NCBI GenBank assembly: GCA_051294375.1
Contig: CM119265.1
Span: forward strand, 17,325,172-17,389,171
Source of the DNA: Paraspadella gotoi
Lineage: Eukaryota > Animalia > Chaetognatha
DNA: 64,000 nucleotides
Direction: 5' to 3'
The position numbers were made by a program, and so were the translations under genes. Under the pieces are notes generated by a model. The model was not told the origin of the DNA. It did not search any database and saw nothing but the letters and a program-made list of their open reading frames with translations. Of this stretch, positions 56,595 through 64,000 are shown one piece after another. Every line of letters starts with the position of its first letter. Within the stretch, counting starts at the first letter, position 1.

Positions 56595-58157
56595 ATGGAC
56601 GCCGAGGAGTCGGCGCAAGAAGCCGCTCTTAAATCGTACAGGGATCAACTCGCGCAGGTGGAAATGACGCTTAACTTTGTAGAGACCGAAGAGGAAAAGG
56701 GCCCCATGCGACAACTCATCGACGATTTAAAGGAACTCATCCAAATCAGCGAAGACGCTCTTCTTCAACTAAAAAAGAGCAATTTGTTGAACTTGATTGG
56801 CGGCGGGGAGAGCGAAGTAGCCACGGGGAATTTACCGACTCAATCGGAGTCCATAACGGAAGATTCTTACTTTATAACCGACGAAACGGAAAATTTACCC
56901 AACAGTTCTGCCCCTATTTCTGTACCCTCTCTTGATTCTGACGAAGCTCTCTCCCGCTTCAAATCTCTTCTCGGAACCCTCTGTCGCGCTCCGCATCCTA
57001 GTCTTGGGGGTTTTCACAACGCCATCGTTCATTCCCTGGATGGCCTCGATGAAGAGGGCTCTCTTGAAGTCACTGTGCTTTACACGCATCCTCAAGAAGC
57101 ATCAATGATCACATGTCCATTTTTTCTCGAAGGGAGGTGCAAGTTTGATCGAAACTGTCGTAAGAATCATGGCGTTGTCGTCAAAGCGACGGATTTGCGA
57201 GATTATGAGGAACCCGATTTCGAGTCGGTAGACGTCGGCTCGGTGTGCCTCGCCAAACGTGACGAGTCCGGCGCCGTGATTTGGACTCCCGCGGAGGTTT
57301 TGCATTTGGAGGAGGGCCTCGTCACGGTTCAGCTGTCGTGCGTCAACAAGACGGTCGCTCTTCCCTTCGCAGATATTTTTCCGCTTGAAGAAGACGAGAG
57401 CGACGACGACTTAGAACCCAACGCGGAATCGATAATTTTGGCTCCGTTGACTAAAAATGACGTAGAAGAGGAAGAAGTTGTTCGTGAAATTAGGATCGTG
57501 GAGGACATGAGTCAATTCGGAGATTGGGAGAAGAATACTCGCGGTATCGGAACAAAGCTTCTCTCTAAATGGGGCTACATTCGAGGATCCGGATTGGGAA
57601 AGGAGGGCGAGGGTCGAGTTGTTCCCGTTGAAGCTCGAATTTATCCCCAAGGAAAATCTCTTGACGTGTGCATGGCGATGAGGTTGAAGAAGGAAACCGG
57701 CGCCAGTGATCCTCTGGTCATCCGAAAGAGACGGAGGAAAAAAGAAAAGAAAAGAGCCGAGGTGGTCAAAAAGGGTTACGCGGAAAAAAATGAAGAATCA
57801 CTGAGCGCTTTTAATCTAATCAATTCCATCAAGCTGAACAAAAAGGGAGGCACGGTGATCGTCACCGATGGAGAAACGAGCGCCGCTAAAAAGCCTAAGC
57901 CTTCCGAAAGGAGTGGGCGTGATCTACGGGTACAAGTGCTGCAAACCGAAGGCGAGATCGCCAAGGTTGAGCGGGAAATGGAAAATGTCGCTCAAACCAT
58001 TGTCAGAAACGAGAAAAAAAACTCGGCGGTGGCCGAACAGGCGCGTGAAAAAAAGAAAGACCTAGAAAAGTATAAAAACAAACTCATGGGTTCCCTTCGA
58101 TTCATTCAGGGAGAGCAAAAGAATAGAACAAGTAAAGCAAAAATGTCTGTCTTTTAA
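56595..58157 (+). CDS. ZGPAT: Zinc finger CCCH-type with G-patch domain protein, single exon
   Basis: CPFFLEGRCKFDRNCRKNHG zinc finger, Tudor-like region, G-patch (WEKNTRGIGTKLLSKWGYIRGSGLGKEGEG...GKSLD) and C-terminal KMSVF. Confidence 0.93.
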   Translation: MDAEESAQEAALKSYRDQLAQVEMTLNFVETEEEKGPMRQLIDDLKELIQISEDALLQLKKSNLLNLIGGGESEVATGNLPTQSESITEDSYFITDETENLPNSSAPISVPSLDSDEALSRFKSLLGTLCRAPHPSLGGFHNAIVHSLDGLDEEGSLEVTVLYTHPQEASMITCPFFLEGRCKFDRNCRKNHGVVVKATDLRDYEEPDFESVDVGSVCLAKRDESGAVIWTPAEVLHLEEGLVTVQLSCVNKTVALPFADIFPLEEDESDDDLEPNAESIILAPLTKNDVEEEEVVREIRIVEDMSQFGDWEKNTRGIGTKLLSKWGYIRGSGLGKEGEGRVVPVEARIYPQGKSLDVCMAMRLKKETGASDPLVIRKRRRKKEKKRAEVVKKGYAEKNEESLSAFNLINSIKLNKKGGTVIVTDGETSAAKKPKPSERSGRDLRVQVLQTEGEIAKVEREMENVAQTIVRNEKKNSAVAEQAREKKKDLEKYKNKLMGSLRFIQGEQKNRTSKAKMSVF

Positions 58158-58453
58158 AAGTAATCTTTATCGGTTATGCCAATTTCGTTGTTTTTGACAT
58201 TTCATTGAATTTTTCATTGAAAGTTTCATGAATTTGTTTAATATTAGGCGATGATTTATATGGAATGTCTTTTAATTTAGTGTGTTACCAGAAATAATTT
58301 TAATGGCGAAAGGTATTCCAAATTATAATCAGCGTCTCGTGTCTTTTTTTTTCTGCGTTTTTTAAATTATTTTGTTCATTATTTTTTTCCCCCATGATTC
58401 TTAATTTATTTTTTTTTCTAGATTGAGATAAGGATGAAGTCTTTTCTCAAACG

Positions 58454-59716
58454 ATGAAATTATCCTTGCGGAAGCTCGGTGGCCTCCTTTTGTTCTTTTA
58501 TTTATTGGTTACATGCTACACGTCCTATTCGTTGTTGTACAACATTTTTTTTCGCTTTATACGGGGCTCCAACCAATATTTACGAAACGCTTCTAAGACA
58601 CACTACGAGGAAAACCTCTTTGACCTGAGATTCGGCCCCAAACCTTTGGTTCTTCCCCTCCGAAATTCTCCTTCCAAATGGTCCCGGGACGTTATTGTCG
58701 AAATATGGGGCAAGGCCGCCATCGGCCTATTTCTCTGGGAACATGTCTTGCGAGGAAGTTTGGAAGAAAAACTGGGCGGCGTTTGGAGTTACGGGTCGAA
58801 AAAAGTCGGACGCTTCAAGTTCCGCTTTCGCACTGGCGCCGGCGTCATTCCGGAAAAGGCGCCACGTGACGCCGAGAATCTCGTTTTGGTGCTAAACGGA
58901 AGAGAACCCTCCAAAATTGACTACGCTAGGATGTGGTTGGACTATGTCTCGCAATTTCCGCTCACACTGAAGAACGTAGGACTCGTTCTGCTCGGCAGAG
59001 AAGACTGTGACAACGATTGGATCCTGCCCTACACTACGCTTCGTGGCGGCCGTGTAAAATTCGTCTTTTTGGTTTACGACTCACGAATGATAGACGACGA
59101 AACGTTTTTTCAGTGGCCTTTGGGAGTCGCTACTTACCGCTCCTTTCCGAAACAATGCGTCTACGAGAACCAGGAACCCTCACCGCGGTCTCTGAGAATG
59201 TACAGCTGTAATTTTTTGGGAACGGTTTATCCCAATTCAACACGCGAGACACTCATCAGGGTGTTAAAGGCCGCTCCCGTCGAAGTACGGAGAGCCTGCA
59301 TGATCAAGGCTCGCGCGGAGTGGGTCCCCAAGGAGACGGATCAAACGCTCTCACAATACATACGGGCACTCACGGAGAGTGATCTCACGCTAAACCCGGC
59401 GGGAAAAAATCCTGAATGCTACCGACACTTTGAGGCAATGTCCTGCGGATCTATTCCCGTGGTTGTCAACGCTACCAACGACTCGGGTATCAATAAGTGC
59501 GCAACAACGTCCTTGAGATTATTTCGTGATTACCACGCACCCTTCGTTTGGCTCGATTCGTGGAATAGATTGCCTTCGCTCATCCTCGCCGAGAACAAAT
59601 TGACCCAGGAAGAGAAAACGTTGAGGCGTCAAGAAGTTGTACGGTGGTACCAAGATTTCTTGAGAACTATGAAGAAGAGATTTGTCAACGTTGTCGCTCA
59701 AAAATTTGAAGTTTGA
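58454..59716 (+). CDS. RXYLT1: Ribitol-5-phosphate xylosyltransferase 1 (TMEM5), single exon
   Basis: Type II TM anchor, VEIWGKAAIGLFLWEH, VLVLNGR, FQWPLGVATYR, CNFLGTVYPNSTRE and SDLTLNPAGKNPECYR. Confidence 0.92.
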   Translation: MKLSLRKLGGLLLFFYLLVTCYTSYSLLYNIFFRFIRGSNQYLRNASKTHYEENLFDLRFGPKPLVLPLRNSPSKWSRDVIVEIWGKAAIGLFLWEHVLRGSLEEKLGGVWSYGSKKVGRFKFRFRTGAGVIPEKAPRDAENLVLVLNGREPSKIDYARMWLDYVSQFPLTLKNVGLVLLGREDCDNDWILPYTTLRGGRVKFVFLVYDSRMIDDETFFQWPLGVATYRSFPKQCVYENQEPSPRSLRMYSCNFLGTVYPNSTRETLIRVLKAAPVEVRRACMIKARAEWVPKETDQTLSQYIRALTESDLTLNPAGKNPECYRHFEAMSCGSIPVVVNATNDSGINKCATTSLRLFRDYHAPFVWLDSWNRLPSLILAENKLTQEEKTLRRQEVVRWYQDFLRTMKKRFVNVVAQKFEV

Positions 59717-60258
59717 TGTGACGGCGTAAATTTGGTGATGCTTTTGTTTTAATGATCTATAAAAGAAAATCTAACTGACATTTTATAGAATAGGCTATAA
59801 AATGTCAGTTAGATTTTCTTTTTGTCGTGTATCTATTCCATGTCATGAATGTAACTATGTATTCGTTTTACTTTATCGATTGAAACGGCATGCAGGATTA
59901 GATTTTTTTAATAATTATAAAGTCCACTGCCATTTACTTTCTTCCTTCTCAATGACTTTACTCTGTACTGTAGGTTACACCGCCTCACTTTTATAAAAAG
60001 AAAATACTCAAATTTTTCCCTACCCATTTTAGTAGTAAAAATTTTGGGTCAAAATCGTAGCTTTTACGAACACTAATAATAAATTAGTTTTTGTTCATTT
60101 TATATTTTCTCAGTTGTTACTTACTATTCGTCATTTTATGTATGTAACTGTTTTTTTATTGTTACCGTCATTCAGGTCAAGTGATCGTCAGTGGGTATGA
60201 TGATGACAGGTTTAAAAGAAACGGAAAAAATGCGAGCGCCCTTTCGCTAGCGAAGGCG

Positions 60259-61668
60259 ATGGAATTGACAGACGTCGGAGAACGCGTCTTTGCTGCAGAG
60301 TTTCTCCTCAAGCGTCGGTCTCGTCGCGGAAAGACGGAATACCTCGTCAAGTGGCAGGGATGGAGTACAAAATACAACACGTGGGAACCGGAGGAAAATA
60401 TTCTCGATGTCCGTCTCCTCGAAGCCTTCGAAGACGAGGATGTGGGCGCCGAAGACGTAGAGGACGACAAAGACGACGCTACCTACAGCGCAAAACGAGT
60501 AAGAAGAAACAGATCTTATTCTTCGGCCCGGAAAAAGGCAAGGAAGAAGCCCGCCAAAAGAGAGGCCGACTCGAAACGCGTCAAATCGGACCTCACGGGT
60601 TCCAAAAGAGAGGAGACGGTTAAAAAAACTGAGAATATGAATTTCACTCCAAAAATCGAACCGATCGATCCTCCCGACGTAGAAAACTGTCAATCTGAGT
60701 CAAACGATGCAGGAGAAACGCAAACTCATGGCGCTGGTGAGACGTCGTCTGAGATCGAAAAAGATTGTTCTGTCAAATTGTCGAAATTGGATGACGCGGG
60801 TTCCGCTGAGAAAAAAGGAAAAGAAAGTGAGACCTCAGAAAAAAACTTTAAAAAGTTTTTGTCCGAAAAAGACGGTGAAACTGCAACTAAAAACTCGTGG
60901 GAAACGACATTTTCGAAGATAGAGAAAAACGAAGTATCTTCAACCAAACCCGACGCTTTAATGCCAACCAACGAACTCGCCTCTTCTTCCACCACATCTC
61001 TCCAAAAGTCTTCAACGTTCGATATCGTCGAAGCGTCATCCATGAATGACGACTCCACTGTCGAGGCTAAAACTCCATCTACCAACTCGGCCTCTTCTAT
61101 CGTCGAGACCTCGTCGACCTCTTCCGTCGTGAAGGCAACGCCGGTCGTCAAACTCACTGTCAGTGTTGACAGCGACGTCGGTGAGACGTGGGGTCATTGC
61201 AAAAGGAGTCCTAGTACGCAGACTATAATAGCGGCAGCTCCCCCTTCTAAACTAGAACCCACGGAGAAAAACTATGCAAAAAAACGTCAGGGATCTTTTT
61301 CTAGCCCCGAGTTTACGGTCAAGAAGAAAAAGTCGGCGGACAAACCTACGTCTAAGCTTGTGGTTGTGACTAGTCAGCAGCCAACTTCTGCGTCCGACGA
61401 GAAATCACGGGACGAGGAACCTCATTGCAGACCATCCACTTCGCGGAATTCTTTTATAAATGGATCAAAGCCGAGAAGTTGGCATCCGCCGAATTACGAT
61501 AATCCTGCTGTAGACCATGTATGCATAACCGATGTCACGTCTAACTTATTAACGGTGACTATTACCGAATGTAAAACTTGGCACGGATTTTTTCGTGAAA
61601 GAAATCCTGGATCCTCTCAGGCTGAGAAGAATGAACAACCTGTGATAAACGCGTCAGAAAATACGTAA
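60259..61668 (+). CDS. Polycomb-type chromobox protein (CBX2/4/6/7/8 family), single exon
   Basis: Chromodomain [14 protein letters not shown]...[24 protein letters not shown] and C-terminal Pc box [18 protein letters not shown]...GFF. Confidence 0.92.
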   Translation: MELTDVGERVFAAEFLLKRRSRRGKTEYLVKWQGWSTKYNTWEPEENILDVRLLEAFEDEDVGAEDVEDDKDDATYSAKRVRRNRSYSSARKKARKKPAKREADSKRVKSDLTGSKREETVKKTENMNFTPKIEPIDPPDVENCQSESNDAGETQTHGAGETSSEIEKDCSVKLSKLDDAGSAEKKGKESETSEKNFKKFLSEKDGETATKNSWETTFSKIEKNEVSSTKPDALMPTNELASSSTTSLQKSSTFDIVEASSMNDDSTVEAKTPSTNSASSIVETSSTSSVVKATPVVKLTVSVDSDVGETWGHCKRSPSTQTIIAAAPPSKLEPTEKNYAKKRQGSFSSPEFTVKKKKSADKPTSKLVVVTSQQPTSASDEKSRDEEPHCRPSTSRNSFINGSKPRSWHPPNYDNPAVDHVCITDVTSNLLTVTITECKTWHGFFRERNPGSSQAEKNEQPVINASENT

Positions 61669-62131
61669 GGCGAGAGTTTAATTGAAAACTAGAAAATGAT
61701 GGTTAAAGCCTTATTTATGTAACTCGTTTTGTATTTTCATAAAGAGGATCTCTGTTTTAACTGTGATTAACCTATTTATTATTTTCCTTAAGATTTGCCA
61801 GTTTATCACTTTATATCTATATATGATGTTAGCTTATAGTCGTTTTTGCATTCCGGCACGTCACTCAGAACATGTTTTCTCTTCCAGATATAAGCATGTA
61901 AAACGTCCTTGGCCCGTACTAAATACTAATTTATTACATTTTTTCAGAAATATAACATCTTTAAGTGCTTGGCGGGGTTGGCTGTGGATTTGGAACTTTG
62001 TGATCCTTTTTTAGAAATTATTCTTAAAGAAATTAAACTTAAATTAATTTATATTGTCATTGTGATAAATTTTAAATTGAAGAGTATTTGTTAGTGCTTT
62101 TTGTTCTACTAGTACTTCATTTTAAAATTAA

Positions 62132-64000
62132 ATGGATGAGCCATCGGTTCCTGGAGAGGAAGAATTAATTTTGTGTGATCGAATTCCTGTGCTTGATTCT
62201 TTTGGAAAAAACGGTAGGAATGGCTGCTACTTGTAATGTTCTATTAGCAACTCATATTATAAAATGAGGTACCCCTTTTTGTGACCAGAATCTGTTTCAA
62301 CTAAACTAACGATTGAATTTTATGATATTTTATATACATGACGATATAAATGAAACTATCGAGGCGAATTTTGATATTCAACCCCTGGGGCTTGGGGCCA
62401 AAAGAGGCTAAAATTTTTTTTCTTCATATTTTAGTATTTTTTAGTAGCATCAAGGTGCATTGATGTCTTAAACACGTGTTCTGGTCACAAAAAACGGTAC
62501 CTCATTTATAATATGAAGCATTCTGTACTTTTGCGTATTACTATGAAATTGGTACAACCAATATAATATGTTTGTTCTTATTGTTTGTTCTTATATTTAG
62601 AACCTCTCCCTGCTCGTTCAACTAAAGTGGTTCCGAAGGCCGGCTTACCCCTAAATATTTCGCCAATCGTACCGCTGTTATCCATCCCTTTCATTCCGGT
62701 GGCTAAACCTCCTCCTCCAGAAGTTGATTCCTGGAAATATCGGGGAGATTCTTCGCATTTTCTTCCTGATTCGCCATTGATGGATCCTTCAGGGGGTGGA
62801 TCGCGTAAAAATCGTGAATACGCGTGGCCCTCTTCGGAAAAATTACCACTCGATGTGGAGGAAGGATTGGTCGAAATCGATGATACTACTTTGAAGGACG
62901 TCAACATCAAGTTAGACAAAAATGATGTACCATACAAAAACTATCATCGCAGGTCAAGAGACAGGTCACGGGGCAAAACCGGGAAAAACAGCAGATCTCG
63001 AGAGCAGGATCTTTATGCAGACACGAGAGCGGCGGAGCGAGACTACGAAAAGGCCAAGTCTGCATACGAATTGGCCGTCAGCATCTGGAAGGACCAGTCG
63101 TCCAAATATGCGGATGGCATTCCCGAAGACAATCCTCTATCTCAAGCGGTTCAGATCGCAAAGCGTCGAATGAATGACCGAAAAGGCGACTTTAACAAAT
63201 TATTGAAAGATCCAGATTATTTTCGACGAAGACGTTCTGAACGTGGGCGGCGATCGAGATCCAGCAGCTCTAGCTCTTCACGCTCACGGTCACGATCGCG
63301 TTCTCGCGAAAGACCTAAGTTGAAGAAGGTCTGGAGCAACAGCAGAGGCCGATATATTTTCAGCAACCCTTCGAACTCTTCCAGATCGCCCTCACCTGTT
63401 GCCAAATTACCAGATACAAAGACGTTTGGAAAAGTAATGAATCAATTAAATCAAGGCTCTGTTGGATCTGTATACCAGCCCTTCTTTCATCCATCTGTTC
63501 CCCCTCCAATGATGAACTTAGCTCTGCCCCGACCAATTATGGCCGGTTTTCCACCTTTTTCATACCATCCTGGATTTCCCCCTCCTAATTTTAACGCTCA
63601 ACCCCTCCCGCCTGTGTTTCCACCGACTGGTCTGCCGCCTGTCCCACCGCCTGTCCCACCGCCTGTCCCACCGCCTAGTTTATCGGGGACCGGCTTGCCC
63701 CCAGTGCGACCTTCCGGTCTACCTAACGGACCTCCCCCATTTTTCCCTCCAACAGCGCTTTCACTCCCGGGCGTCGAGACTATTCCATTTCATACGCCCA
63801 CTTCTGTCCATGCCCCTCTCTCAGCCCTTGTCCCAAGTTCAATGCCTGATCCCGCTCCAGTTCCTGCACCCCTTCCACATCTTGTTTCTACACCAGGAGT
63901 CGGTTATCAAAGCGACAAATCTGACTCTCCCGAATTAGAGACGGCTGTTGCGCAATCCTCAAAAATATCTAACGATAGTAAAAATAAACCCATATCAATC
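62132..64000 (+). CDS. Unidentified RS- and proline-rich protein (exon 1 62132-62213, exon 2 62601->64000; truncated)
   Basis: An 82-nt first exon joins in phase through a GT-AG intron to a long frame with RSRSRSRSR and PVPP repeats. I saw no stop in the part I translated. Confidence 0.6.
62250..62525. mobile_element. Internally deleted copy of the 36194-36907 MITE family (in an intron)
   Basis: TCATATTATAAAATGAGGTACCCC...GACCAGAATCTG and GTTCTGGTCAC...TATAATATGAAGCATTCTG-TA. It shares the internal AACTATCGAGGCGAATTTTGA with the larger copy. Confidence 0.8.

Overview
This is AT-rich, gene-dense animal genomic DNA with short, mostly GT-AG introns. It is not a nematode, because the motile-cilia gene DNAAF3 is present. 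The minus strand carries DNAAF3 followed by NEK4 (truncated by the window edge). After a nested transposon graveyard (3-10 kb), every gene is on the + strand: an intronless vitellogenin-receptor/LRP-like gene, a Maelstrom-domain gene and BRWD/PHIP. From 38.3 kb to the end there are 11 tightly packed head-to-tail genes: FET-family, GON4L/FLASH-like, PDHB, geminin, TMEM130, DHX16, LSM2, ZGPAT, RXYLT1, CBX/Polycomb and an RS/Pro-rich gene. Several of their spacers contain unpaired splice acceptors, which suggests a trans-spliced operon. The most striking non-coding signal is a circularly permuted (type-P5) twister ribozyme with a palindromic mini-P1. It lies in a ~285-nt structured element, sense-oriented in PDHB intron 2, and may be a twister-based retrozyme-like element. 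Other signals are Penelope-type minimal hammerhead remnants (one split by a TIR element that captured a BRWD fragment) and a MITE in the Maelstrom CDS that could splice out in frame. All calls come from manual reading; no database searches were run.
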